Shown here: in pieces, positions 39,550 through 49,194 of the stretch
How the letters are laid out: every line of letters starts with the position of its first letter
Numbering within the stretch: position 1 is the first letter of the stretch
Origin: Candidatus Binatia bacterium
GTDB lineage: Bacteria > Desulfobacterota > Binatia > Bin18
DNA length: 64,000 bases
NCBI GenBank assembly: GCA_963664395.2
Contig: OY761159.2
Location: forward strand, 256,001-320,000
Direction of reading: 5' to 3'
Notes under the pieces: model-generated
Told to the model about the DNA's origin: nothing
Database searches by the model: none
Seen by the model: only the letters and a program-made list of their open reading frames with translations
Position numbers and translations under genes: made by a program

Positions 39550-40149
39550 TTATAGATTGGTTAGCTCGGCGATGGCGTCCTTGATGATTTTGGTTTCTCT
39601 CGTTTTATCTAGGTCGAGCGTGAGCCACCCGTTATACCTCTTCATGACCTGACCACTCCATGACTGGCCCATTGCGTTGTGACACACAGCAACGAGGTCT
39701 TCGTAGAACGCTGTGGTATCGAAACGAATGACATCCATCCCATGGACATTGGGAAACAGCTTCAGATGGTCCGTCTGGCCAGACCAACTAACCCACCATC
39801 CTACTTCTCTCTTCCCTATAACCAGCGTCCGCAGTTCATCTGTATGAGTTAATGAATGCCGAAACAGGAGAGCCAGGGTAGCGGCCTTCCCCTGATACCC
39901 AGATCGCACCGTCTCAAACTCATTTTCGAGTACAGATTGCAGATTCTGCGCCGTTTTATCGTTGCGATAGATCAAGTCTCCCACCGCTTCGGCAATTGGA
40001 AACGTCATACGCAGGAGCGCCCAAAAAGGTAAAAATACTTCTTTCTTACCCTTCGAAATGAGCTTGAGTATCGTCCCAACGTCGCCTTCAAGACGGAGGA
40101 GTATTTGACGAAACGCTTGCTCGTCCGATTTGACTTCGCCAGGACGCAT
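39550..40149 (-). CDS. Hypothetical helical protein with HEPN-like Rx4H motif
   Basis: AGGAGG RBS before ATG 40149; LFRHSLTH. Confidence 0.65.
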   Translation of the reverse strand: MRPGEVKSDEQAFRQILLRLEGDVGTILKLISKGKKEVFLPFWALLRMTFPIAEAVGDLIYRNDKTAQNLQSVLENEFETVRSGYQGKAATLALLFRHSLTHTDELRTLVIGKREVGWWVSWSGQTDHLKLFPNVHGMDVIRFDTTAFYEDLVAVCHNAMGQSWSGQVMKRYNGWLTLDLDKTRETKIIKDAIAELTNL

Positions 40150-40199
40150 AGCGTTTTTCCTCCTGATCCTTCGTTCCACCAACTCCCTTTCTATACATT

Positions 40200-40320
40200 T
40201 ATCATCTGCAACTTTGGCCTCGTCCCCCTTAAAAATGAACTGATCCGGTGAGGGTAAAAAGTCATCCACGACCTGGATATCACCCAGGGGCTCATCCGTG
40301 TATATGATTTTCTTCTTCAT
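40200..40320 (-). pseudogene. Truncated CopG/BrnA-like antitoxin, in frame with the downstream gene
   Basis: MKKKIIYTDEPLGDIQVVDDFLPSP..KV is the N-terminus of BrnT-associated antitoxins; RHH part absent. Confidence 0.65.
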
Positions 40321-40579
40321 AGGTCTGTTTTCCTTTTCGCCAATACCCAGCGCCGATAATGCGGATAATGCTGCCTCGATAGGTAAACCGAACGGTGAGA
40401 ATGCCCGCTCCGACCTTGCCAAAACAATACCACCTCTCCTCTTCCTGACTATGGGTCACATCTTTGGCGATCACGCGATTCAGATCAGCGAAGGCGTACT
40501 GCGCATCTTCAAATGCGACGCCATGCTTCTCCAGATTTTCTCGATTCTTGTTCTCGTCCCATTCGAATCTGTGGCTCAC
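40292..40579 (-). CDS. BrnT-family toxin
   Basis: FEWDENKN..NLEKHGVAFEDA, HSQEEER, IRIIGA; GTG start. Confidence 0.88.
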   Translation of the reverse strand: MSHRFEWDENKNRENLEKHGVAFEDAQYAFADLNRVIAKDVTHSQEEERWYCFGKVGAGILTVRFTYRGSIIRIIGAGYWRKGKQTYEEENHIHG

Positions 40580-40726
40580 GTACTTCCTCACAGTGTTGTA
40601 CCGGATTAAATCGGTGGGAGCGTAGACCGCAGCCCACCTCAGTATTATCCCTGTCAAAAGGTACTGCCTCCGTCTGAATATCGCGTCTACATCATCCATC
40701 TTCGACCTCTGAGAGAAACAGCGGTG

Positions 40727-41056
40727 GCCGTAGGTCGGATTAGCGCAGCATCATCCGACATCTCCCGAACTGATTCACGCTCTTCTACGCGGCAAAGTCA
40801 AGCATTTCGAGCGTAATGCCTCGCTCCCATTCCGCATGAGCCTGGTTCAGCAGCGCCTCATTCACCTCTGCGGAAACGTATTCTTCTCCACAATTGTTGC
40901 AAATTTGGGCCGGGACTTTCTTGAACACAACCGTTGTCCGCTCGCGTTCCAAGACAATGGTGGTGTGCCCGTCTGTAGTCGTCCCGTTCCTACAGATTGC
41001 GCATTTCATGAGGCCCTCCGTGAAAAGTTATCCGTCCACCGGAGCGTATCCGGTTC
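40727..41056. repeat. Direct repeat copy 2
   Basis: Matches 35729-36065. Confidence 0.9.
40785..41009 (-). CDS. YgiT-type zinc-finger (MqsA-like) protein, 74 aa
   Basis: MKCAIC..VPAQICNNCGEEY. Confidence 0.88.
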   Translation of the reverse strand: MKCAICRNGTTTDGHTTIVLERERTTVVFKKVPAQICNNCGEEYVSAEVNEALLNQAHAEWERGITLEMLDFAA

Positions 41057-41152
41057 GTATGCCGTTATGACAACCAATATTTGCTCGTCCTCGTTGATGC
41101 CAACAACGACATGTAAAGGTCGATTTATCGCGGCACGACCATTCAGCAAGAC
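41006..41152 (-). pseudogene. 3' half of a DUF4258 toxin-like gene
   Basis: Hand translation RPLHVVVGINEDEQILVVITAYEPD..W; TGA overlaps the YgiT ATG; 5' half replaced by FN3 sequence. Confidence 0.75.
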
Positions 41153-41154
41153 TG

Positions 41155-41974
41155 TTGGCCGGAGCGGTCCAATCGAGGTTGATCTGGTTCGGTCCGTTGG
41201 CCGTCGCGGTGAGGCCGGTCGGCGCGCCGGGGACGGTGACGGTTGGTGCCTCCCGGGTCACCGTGACGGTATAGGTCTTCACCGCGCCGCCGGTCTCGGC
41301 CATGCCCTTCACCTTGATGGTGTTCGGGCCGACGACGAGCGTCATGTCGAGCGGGTTCGTGTCCGTGTTCGTGTCCGTGTCGAATTCCGGGTCCAGGATG
41401 CCGGCGCTCACCGTGAGATCTCTCAGCGTCGCGAGGGTCCGGGGGTCGATGACCGACACCGTGACGGTGTCGGTGCCGGTCGCTCCAAGGGCCGCCCCGT
41501 GACCGTCAGCGTGAACGCCAGGTCGCCTGCGGTCGAGGGGGCGGTGAAACTCGGGCTCGCGGTGTCGGCGCCGGTGAGCGTGACCGTCGCGCCGCTCGCC
41601 TGCCTCCACGCATAGATCACGTTCGTGCCCCACGGGCTGCTGCTGCTGCCGGCGAGCGCCACCGCGGCACCCGTCGCCACCCTTTGGGTCTCGCCCGCCT
41701 CCGCCGTTGGCGCGAAGGGCTCGGGGTTGGAGTTCTTCTGCAGGGTCAACGTCGTCAGCGTCGTGAGATCCTGGAAGACGTTCGCCCGCAGGCTGCTCAG
41801 GGCGTTGTTATTCAGGCACAACGTGTCCAGCGTGGTGAGCCCGTCGCAAAAAATTCCCGCCGGCAGGCTGCTCAGGGCGTTGTATGACAGATTCAGGTCG
41901 TCCACGGCGTCCGCGGAGAGGGGCTTTTCAGAGGCAAACAGCAGGCATGAGGGGCGGGGTACGGGGAAGTCCAT
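41155..41974 (-). pseudogene. Fragmented surface-protein gene (LRR, PKD-like, cadherin-like, FN3 pieces)
   Basis: LNLSYNALSSLP/LCLNNNALSSL LRRs; WRQASG..ADTASPSFTAP; YTVTVTR; PGAPTGLTATA; split across frames. Confidence 0.75.
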
Positions 41975-42219
41975 GTTTGTTCCTGGTCAGAATCTTTCAA
42001 CCTGCGACGCTACGCATCGGGGGTTGAGAAGAGCCCTCTGCCCATCTTGCTACCCCATTCCGCTCCCCCTGTCCCCTCTAAAATGGGAGGAATCTTCACC
42101 AAACATACCGGGGGCGACGGAACACTTCAGGCGGCGACGCCGAGCGGGCGGGCGGGGAAACGAGGCGGCGCGGACAGGTAGGGGTGCGGCTCCGTCAACG
42201 TGAACCGACAACACCTGTG

Positions 42220-42381
42220 CGAAGGGGGGGAAGGGGAGAACGGAGGCCGAGAAGCAAAAAGTTCAAACTGAGACACTACCAAGAGGCGGGGGCTGGGATG
42301 ACAAATAATGGAGCCTGGATTCCTATGAAGGGGGAATCCAGGCTCCCCGCCTCTGGATGCCGGATCAAGTCCGGCATGACG
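42220..42381. repeat. Cluster of REP-like elements
   Basis: TTCAAACTGAGACACTACC; CTGGATTC..GAATCCAG hairpin; CTGGATGCCGGATCAAGTCCGGCATGAC (reverse copy of 5037-5064). Confidence 0.65.
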
Positions 42382-42420
42382 AAAGCGTAGTGGCGTGGCT
42401 ACAGCCTGGCGTGAAACGGC

Positions 42421-43509
42421 CTAAGCCGCTTTTGCTTCAACGTCCCATTGCCGGAGTTCGGGAATGACCTTTTGCGCGATTAAGCGCTGTGAGCGCTCGG
42501 CATCTTCGAACGGCATCCCGGCTCCGCGAAAGCCAAAGATCAGATCAAACCGTCCAACGACCGCTCGCCAGTGGGACAGCTTGTCCAGAATCTGCTGCGG
42601 AGTTCCCCAGGCCTGCGCGTTGACATACATCTCGGCCATGCCCTCAAGACCCAATTCGCGCAGCGTATCCACCGCATCGCCATAGGCTTCGTAGCCCTTG
42701 GCATTCTTGAAGTGGTCGCCCATGAGCTCGTAGTGGTGCATGGCCGACAGCAGATAGCCCGCGATATGCTTGTGAGCCAGTTCCTCGGCGCGGCCGGCGT
42801 CTTCGTGGCAGACCGATATGCCGGCCATCATGGGCGGAGGGGCATCAACGCCGTGGAGTTCACGAAACAAGGCCCGATAGGGTTCAAAATCCGCGTTGTG
42901 CTCTTCAATCGACTTTTGGGTGAAGACCATCATCTGGGCGCGATACTTGGCCGCTTCCAGGGCCGAATCGGGCGACATCGCCACCTGGGTCGTGCGGCCC
43001 TTGAAGGTCCGCGTGGGCTTGGGACGAATCGGTGCCCGTGGTTGCTTATAGTATTTGCCGTTACCCTCGATAATGCCGGTCTCCAGGGCGTTGAGAATCA
43101 TGGGTACGGCTTCGTCAAAGCGCTCCCGCGAGGTGTCCATATCAATACCGAACTGGTCATATTCACGGCGTGACAAGCCGCGACCCATGCCAAAAATAAC
43201 CCGGCCGTTCGACAGCTCGTCCAACAGCGCGACCTTCTCGGCCGAACGCAACGGCGTGTTCCACGGCACGATCACCGCGCCGGTGGCCAGCTTGAGCGTT
43301 GTGGTGAGGGCCGCCAGATGGCCCAGATAGACGGCGTTATCGGGACAAAAGGAGTAGTCCTCAAAATGATGCTCCACAGACCAGTGCGAGTCATAACCGA
43401 GTTCCTCTAACTGCGAGGCAAGGGCCAGCTCTTCCCGGTAGACCTGGCTGTCCGTCACACTGTCGTCATAGCCATAGCGCTGAAAGAGCGCGATTGTCCC
43501 GACTTGCAT
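42421..43509 (-). CDS. LLM-class flavin-dependent oxidoreductase
   Basis: WSVEHHF, LLDELSNGR..GMGRG; start MQVGT at 43509 after AGGAGG. Confidence 0.9.
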   Translation of the reverse strand: MQVGTIALFQRYGYDDSVTDSQVYREELALASQLEELGYDSHWSVEHHFEDYSFCPDNAVYLGHLAALTTTLKLATGAVIVPWNTPLRSAEKVALLDELSNGRVIFGMGRGLSRREYDQFGIDMDTSRERFDEAVPMILNALETGIIEGNGKYYKQPRAPIRPKPTRTFKGRTTQVAMSPDSALEAAKYRAQMMVFTQKSIEEHNADFEPYRALFRELHGVDAPPPMMAGISVCHEDAGRAEELAHKHIAGYLLSAMHHYELMGDHFKNAKGYEAYGDAVDTLRELGLEGMAEMYVNAQAWGTPQQILDKLSHWRAVVGRFDLIFGFRGAGMPFEDAERSQRLIAQKVIPELRQWDVEAKAA

Positions 43510-43601
43510 AACAAATCCTCCTGTTGTGTATCTTCCTATGCTCGCAGTTCCTGCGGGCCCATCTGTCCGTGTATTCTCAACTCTGTTTTTTCGGGCACTG
43601 T

Positions 43602-44048
43602 TCAGGCCGCGGGTTTCAGCTTGCCGCCGTGCGCTTCCATATACGCGACCAGACGTTGGCATTCCTCGTCAGAGACTTTATCTTCCAAGAGACTGATCCG
43701 GTCTCCCTCAAAGACGGCCCGCTCCTCGCCTTCCATGCGGCAGTCCGGCCCGCCGTCCGGGGTGAAGGTCGCCGCCCAGCGCATCCAGACCTCACCGTTC
43801 TTTTCCAGTGGTCCTTCAAGGACCTCAAGGCGGCGCGAGGCAAAGCGGCGGTCGAAGCCATTCACCGCAGCCTGAAAATCGCTCAGGATCGTGGCCCGGC
43901 TTTCGTGTCGTCCGCCCAGGGGTGGCCCGGCAATGAAGTCGTATACCGCGTCCTCGGTGAAATAAGGCTCAAGCACCGACCAGTCATCACTGTCATACGC
44001 CTCTTCAAAGACTTGTGCATATTCCGTGAACCGTTCGACAATACCCAT
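43602..44048 (-). CDS. NTF2/SnoaL-like protein
   Basis: YFTEDAVY..FEGDRISLLED. Confidence 0.75.
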   Translation of the reverse strand: MGIVERFTEYAQVFEEAYDSDDWSVLEPYFTEDAVYDFIAGPPLGGRHESRATILSDFQAAVNGFDRRFASRRLEVLEGPLEKNGEVWMRWAATFTPDGGPDCRMEGEERAVFEGDRISLLEDKVSDEECQRLVAYMEAHGGKLKPAA

Positions 44049-44148
44049 ACGATGATCTCCTTTTTCTCCCAGGTCAGTCTGGCTTGCGAGTCTGAGCTGG
44101 GAATATTTTTTGGCTACGTATCATACCGCTCAGCGAGATTACACGAGG

Positions 44149-44238
44149 AACCCACCCCGCCGCTACGCGGCACCCCTCCCAAGAGGGGATGTATTCTGCT
44201 CCCCTCCTCGGAGGGGTGGCCGCAGGCCGGGGTGGGTT
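44149..44238. repeat. Composite palindromic REP-like element
   Basis: AACCCACCCCG...CGGGGTGGGTT outer arms with CCCCTC/GAGGGG inner hairpins. Confidence 0.7.
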
Positions 44239-44293
44239 CCTTTTTGCAGCACACGTCCCAGGAGGGGATTTTGACGCCCTTCTCGCCGGCCCA

Positions 44294-44737
44294 TTACCTT
44301 GCCCCTTTTGTTGCCACCACGGTCCACGTACTGCTCACCGTGGCAACGACTTCATCTTGCCCATTTGTTATTGTCGCTTCAACAAACGCGACCCGCTGGC
44401 CCTTGCGCAGGACTTTGCCGGCTCCCTTGACCAGTCCTTTTTTGACCGGCTTGAGAAAACTGATTTTCAGCTCGGCGGTCGTGGCAAACTCGCCCTCATC
44501 CATCACCGATCCGATCGCGCTGCTCAGTAGCTCGTCGGCAAACACACTCAGATAGCCACCAGCCACATAGCCGAACGGATTTAACACGCGCGGGTGGGTC
44601 GCGTCCCATTCCCATTCAGACCGGCCAGGGCCAAATTGAACTGGCCGCAAACCAATCTCCCGGTGCGCCTGTGTGACATACTCTTCAGGGCGATTTTCGC
44701 GTAGGGCGGCATTCAGTTTTTCTACGGGCGAAAGCAT
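44294..44737 (-). CDS. PaaI-family hotdog thioesterase
   Basis: NPFGYVAGG..ADE, ELKISFLKP. Confidence 0.85.
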   Translation of the reverse strand: MLSPVEKLNAALRENRPEEYVTQAHREIGLRPVQFGPGRSEWEWDATHPRVLNPFGYVAGGYLSVFADELLSSAIGSVMDEGEFATTAELKISFLKPVKKGLVKGAGKVLRKGQRVAFVEATITNGQDEVVATVSSTWTVVATKGAR

Positions 44738-44824
44738 ATTTTCTCGTACCACCTTTTGATCGTATTCTCAAAAGGGTAGCCGCGTGCGGTGATTTCCGGC
44801 AGTATGAGCGGCCCGGAGATTACG

Positions 44825-45997
44825 ATGCTCAAAGACATACTCAGCGCCCGTCTCGCCGAGGTGAAAGAAAATGGCCTGTATCGTCGCTTGCGTACAGTCG
44901 AGAGTGCGCAGGACGCGGCCATTATCCTTGAAGGCCAAGAGGTACTGCTGTTTTCTTCCAATAACTACTTGGGTTTGGCCAATCATCCGCTGCTCAAACA
45001 CGCAGCCCAACAGGCGATTGAGCAGTATGGCTGCGGCAGTGGCGCATCCCGATTGATTTCCGGTTCAATGGCCGTCCATCACGAGTTGGAACACCGCCTC
45101 GCCAGGCTCAAAAAAGCGGAAGCGGCTCTCGTTTTTCCGACGGGCTATCACGCCAATATCGGGGTGTTGGCGGCTCTCATGGGGCCGGGCGATACGATCC
45201 TGAGCGACAGCCTCAATCACGCCAGTATCGTTGACGGCTGCCGCCTGTCGCGGGCTGACATCCGCATCTATCGTCACGCTGACACGGCTCATCTGAACGA
45301 ACTGCTGAACGCGTGTCCACCGGCAGGCCAGCGCCTGATTGTGACAGACAGCGTGTTCAGCATGGACGGTGACCTGGCCCCACTGGCTGAGATTACTGCC
45401 CTGGCCCGGCAGTACGACGCCTGGGTGATGGTTGATGAGGCGCACGCCACCGGCGTGTTCGGGCCGCACGGCGGCGGCCTGGTTGAAGAACTCGGCCTGA
45501 CCGAGCAGGTCGATATCCAGATGGGGACCTTGGGCAAGGCGTTGGGCTGCCTGGGGGCCTTTGTGGCCGGCAGTCACGAGCTGATTGACTGGCTAGTGAA
45601 TCGGGCGCGGAGTTTCATTTATACCACGGCGATTCCGCCGGCGGTTGCGGCTTCGGTACTCGCCGCCCTCGACATTGTTGAGCAGGAACCCGGACGACGC
45701 CAGCAGTTGTGGGATAACACCCAGCTGCTGTCGGATGGACTCCGCTCGTTAGGCTATACGCTGGGTGCCACCCGCTCGCAGATTCTGCCGGTGATCATCG
45801 GCGAGGCGGACGAGACCATGCTCGTTGCCCAGGCCATCCTCCGGCACGGGGTCTTTGCCCACGGCATCCGCCCGCCAACCGTTCCGGAAGGCAGCTCGCG
45901 CATTCGCGTGACCCCGATGGCGACCCACACCCAGGACCAGCTGTCACGCACGCTGGACGCCTTTGCCGCTGCCGGCAAGGAGGTCGGGATTCGATGA
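44825..45997 (+). CDS. bioF: 8-amino-7-oxononanoate synthase
   Basis: FSSNNYLGL, NHASIVDG, SMDGD, DEAH, GTLGKA. Confidence 0.95.
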   Translation: MLKDILSARLAEVKENGLYRRLRTVESAQDAAIILEGQEVLLFSSNNYLGLANHPLLKHAAQQAIEQYGCGSGASRLISGSMAVHHELEHRLARLKKAEAALVFPTGYHANIGVLAALMGPGDTILSDSLNHASIVDGCRLSRADIRIYRHADTAHLNELLNACPPAGQRLIVTDSVFSMDGDLAPLAEITALARQYDAWVMVDEAHATGVFGPHGGGLVEELGLTEQVDIQMGTLGKALGCLGAFVAGSHELIDWLVNRARSFIYTTAIPPAVAASVLAALDIVEQEPGRRQQLWDNTQLLSDGLRSLGYTLGATRSQILPVIIGEADETMLVAQAILRHGVFAHGIRPPTVPEGSSRIRVTPMATHTQDQLSRTLDAFAAAGKEVGIR

Positions 45998-47349
45998 GCA
46001 GCCCGTCGTATGCCGACCTCAAAGCCTGGGATCATGCCTATGTGTGGCATCCGTTTACCCAGATGCAGGACTGGTTGCAGGAAGACCCGATTATTATTGC
46101 CAGGGGTGAGGGCAATTATGTGATTGATGTCAACGGTAGGCGCTATCTGGACGGGGTCTCTTCGTTATGGTGCAACGTCCACGGCCATACTCATCCCCGC
46201 CTCAACAGGGCCATTACCAAGCAGGTCAACCGGATATCGCACTCGACCCTGCTCGGGCTGGCCAATATCCCATCCATACTGCTGGCGAAAAAACTGGTTG
46301 AGTTGGCACCGTCCGGGCTGACCCGTGTGTTCTATTCGGACGCAGGTGCCACCGCCACGGAAATCGCGCTCAAACTGGCGTTTCAGTACTGGCAGTTGCG
46401 CGGAGAAACCCAGCGCACCAAGTTTGCCTCATTAGTCGAAGCCTACCACGGCGATACCCTGGGCGCGGTCAGCGTGGGTTACTCCGAACTCTTTCATCAT
46501 TTCTATCGACCCCTTTTGGCAGACACCGTCCGGCTGACCCCGCCGCATGTGTTTCGCTTTGTCCGCGGCATGTCGGCCGAGCAGGCGCTGGCCGCGGCCC
46601 AAGAAGAAGCCGAACACACCCTCGCCCGGCAGCATGCCGAGCTGGCAGCCGTGATTATAGAACCCCTCATGCAGGGTGCGGCCGGGATGTGGGCGCATTC
46701 GGTTGAATATGTGCAGACCCTACGACAGCTCACCCGGCAGCATGGCATCCTCTTGATCTGTGATGAGGTGGCCACCGGGTTTGGCCGCACCGGGAAAATG
46801 TTTGCGTGTGACCACGCCGACATCAGCCCGGATTTATTCTGTGTGGCCAAAGGCATTACCGGCGGCTATCTGCCACTCGCGGCCACACTGGCCACCGAGG
46901 AAATTTTCTCCGCCTTTCTCGCGCCCTACGAAGAGTTCAAAACCTTCTTTCACGGCCATACCTATACCGGCAATCCCGTGGCCTGCGCCGCGGCCCTGGC
47001 CAGCCTGGACATTTTTGCCGAAGAGCAGGTCCTTGAGCATCTGCAACCCAAGATTGCCCTGCTGACCCAACGCCTCCGCACCGACATTGCCGCCCTCCCC
47101 CACGTGGCCGACATTCGACACTGGGGCCTGATGGTCGGGATCGAATTGATGCGCGATCCGGTCAAGAAAATCGCCTATGAGCCAGCCGAGAAAATCGGCA
47201 TGCGGGTCATCCGGGAAGCACGCAAACACGGCGTGATGATTCGACCGTTGGGCAGCATCATTATTCTCATGCCGCCGCTCAGCATTACCGAGGCTGAGTT
47301 GTCACACCTGCTCGATGTCGTCCACACCGCCATTCAGACCGTCACATGA
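45994..47349 (+). CDS. bioA: Adenosylmethionine-8-amino-7-oxononanoate transaminase
   Basis: WHPFTQM, YHGDT, DEVATGFGRTG, HGHTYTGN. Confidence 0.95.
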   Translation: MSSPSYADLKAWDHAYVWHPFTQMQDWLQEDPIIIARGEGNYVIDVNGRRYLDGVSSLWCNVHGHTHPRLNRAITKQVNRISHSTLLGLANIPSILLAKKLVELAPSGLTRVFYSDAGATATEIALKLAFQYWQLRGETQRTKFASLVEAYHGDTLGAVSVGYSELFHHFYRPLLADTVRLTPPHVFRFVRGMSAEQALAAAQEEAEHTLARQHAELAAVIIEPLMQGAAGMWAHSVEYVQTLRQLTRQHGILLICDEVATGFGRTGKMFACDHADISPDLFCVAKGITGGYLPLAATLATEEIFSAFLAPYEEFKTFFHGHTYTGNPVACAAALASLDIFAEEQVLEHLQPKIALLTQRLRTDIAALPHVADIRHWGLMVGIELMRDPVKKIAYEPAEKIGMRVIREARKHGVMIRPLGSIIILMPPLSITEAELSHLLDVVHTAIQTVT

Positions 47350-48053
47350 CAAGCCTGTTTATCACCGGCACGGATACCGGCATCGGTAAGACCCTGGTCG
47401 GCTGTGGCCTTGCCGCGGCCTTGACCGGCCAGGGTAAGCGGGTTGGCGTACTCAAGCCGGCAGAGACGGGCTGCGAAACGCGAGACGGTGTATTGCAGCC
47501 GGACGATGCCATGCGCCTGGCCGGCTATGCCCGCAGCAGCGTACCGCTTGAGAGCGTGTGCCCCTACCGTTTTTCCCCGCCGGTCGCCCCGAGCGTCGCG
47601 GCCAAGCAGGTCGGCGTGACCATTCAGCCGGAGCGGATTATCGAGGTGTTTCACACGATTGTCGACCAACACGATGTGACGCTGGTAGAGGGTGCCGGCG
47701 GATTATTGGTTCCGCTCGCAGGTCGCTATTCATTTGCGGACCTGGCCCGCGATCTCGGCATTCCGATTCTCGTCGTGGTCGGCTCAAAGCTGGGTGCGTT
47801 GAATCACGCTTTGCTGACGCTGCACTGTATTCAGACCCGCGGTCTACCCTTGGCCGGCTATATCCTCAACCATCCAACCCGGACGGCGGATGACGCCATC
47901 AAGACCAACGCTACCACCTTGGCCGGCCTGACGGATGTGCCGTGTCGGGGCGTTATTCCTCATCTTTTGTTGAGTGAAGATATCGACCGGGACCGCGTGA
48001 TGCTGAGCGAGCTGTTCTCCACAGCGGTTGATCTTCCCGGACTGCTCGGATAG
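47346..48053 (+). CDS. bioD: Dethiobiotin synthase
   Basis: TGTDTGIGKT, KPAETG, VEGAGG. Confidence 0.96.
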   Translation: MTSLFITGTDTGIGKTLVGCGLAAALTGQGKRVGVLKPAETGCETRDGVLQPDDAMRLAGYARSSVPLESVCPYRFSPPVAPSVAAKQVGVTIQPERIIEVFHTIVDQHDVTLVEGAGGLLVPLAGRYSFADLARDLGIPILVVVGSKLGALNHALLTLHCIQTRGLPLAGYILNHPTRTADDAIKTNATTLAGLTDVPCRGVIPHLLLSEDIDRDRVMLSELFSTAVDLPGLLG

Positions 48054-48102
48054 AGCAGAGTCCTGCCCAGCGCGTTTTGACGTTTTGACTGAAAGGGAAA
48101 AT

Positions 48103-49149
48103 ATGAATAATCTCTCGCATTTCTCGCACTTGGCGACCAAATCATTAGCCGGCGAGTTACTGTCGCGTGAAGAAGCCTTCTCTGTTTTACACACAGCCGA
48201 CGAGGAGTTATCCGAGCTGCTGAATGCCGCCTTCACGGTGCGAGAAAAGTTCTTTGGCCGCAAGGTAAAAATCTGCGTCCTGCAAAACGCCCGCAGCGGC
48301 TTGTGTCCGGAAGACTGCAACTACTGTTCACAATCCTCCATCTCCAAGGCTCCGATTGATAAATACCGTCTCCTCTCAACGCACGAGCTGCTTGCCGGTG
48401 CACGCAGGGCCGCTCAGGCCGGCGCCCGGCGCTATTGCATGGTCGCCAGCGGACGCGGCCCGAGCGAGCGCGATATTGCCCATCTGACCGCGGCGACGCG
48501 CCAGATCAAAACCGAGTTTCCCGGCCTGGAGATTTGTGTCTCTCTGGGGCTCATGAGTGAACCCCAGGCCCGCGCACTCAAAGACTCCGGCGTCGGCTGG
48601 GTCAACCACAACCTCAACACCAGCCGTGAGTTTTACGCGCAGATCTGTTCAACCCATACCTATGAGGACCGGGTTGAGACCGTCAGAAACGTCAAGCGGG
48701 CCGGGCTGTCCACGTGCAGTGGCGGCATTATCGGCATGGGTGAAAAAGACGAAGACGTCGTCGAGTTGGCCTACGCCGTCCGGGCGCTGGACATTGACTC
48801 CGTGCCGGTCAATTTTCTGTACCCCATCGACGGCACTCCGCTCGGCCCGCGCAAGGACTTCAATCCGGTCCGAGGTCTCAAGGCCCTGTGCTTGATGCGC
48901 TTCCTGAATCCGCGCAGCGAAATCCGCATGGCCGCGGGACGCGAACTCTATCTCGGCAAATGGTCGGGGCTGGCCTTATATCCGGCAAACTCGATTTTTG
49001 TCGAAGGCTACCTCACCACCCCAGGCCAGCAGGCCCAGGACGCCCATCAACTCGTTGAAGCCGCCGGGTTCGAGGTGGAGCAAGCTGAGCAAGTCGAACA
49101 AGTCGAACAAGAAGACACACTAGGCGCAGAAGCACACCGGGCGGTGTAG
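48103..49149 (+). CDS. bioB: Biotin synthase
   Basis: CPEDCNYCSQS, NHNLNT, SVPVNFL, YLTT. Confidence 0.96.
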   Translation: MNNLSHFSHLATKSLAGELLSREEAFSVLHTADEELSELLNAAFTVREKFFGRKVKICVLQNARSGLCPEDCNYCSQSSISKAPIDKYRLLSTHELLAGARRAAQAGARRYCMVASGRGPSERDIAHLTAATRQIKTEFPGLEICVSLGLMSEPQARALKDSGVGWVNHNLNTSREFYAQICSTHTYEDRVETVRNVKRAGLSTCSGGIIGMGEKDEDVVELAYAVRALDIDSVPVNFLYPIDGTPLGPRKDFNPVRGLKALCLMRFLNPRSEIRMAAGRELYLGKWSGLALYPANSIFVEGYLTTPGQQAQDAHQLVEAAGFEVEQAEQVEQVEQEDTLGAEAHRAV

Positions 49150-49194
49150 ACGCTTCACCTGTCTCTCTTCCCCCCCAAGAAGGCATTAAACCCG

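Noticed and set aside
35729-41056. Prophage, integron or composite transposon
   Set aside because: No integrase, transposase, phage structural gene or attC-like periodic site was seen.
43524-44555. 343-aa plus-strand ORF
   Set aside because: It crosses two real minus-strand genes and a REP element and is not protein-like.
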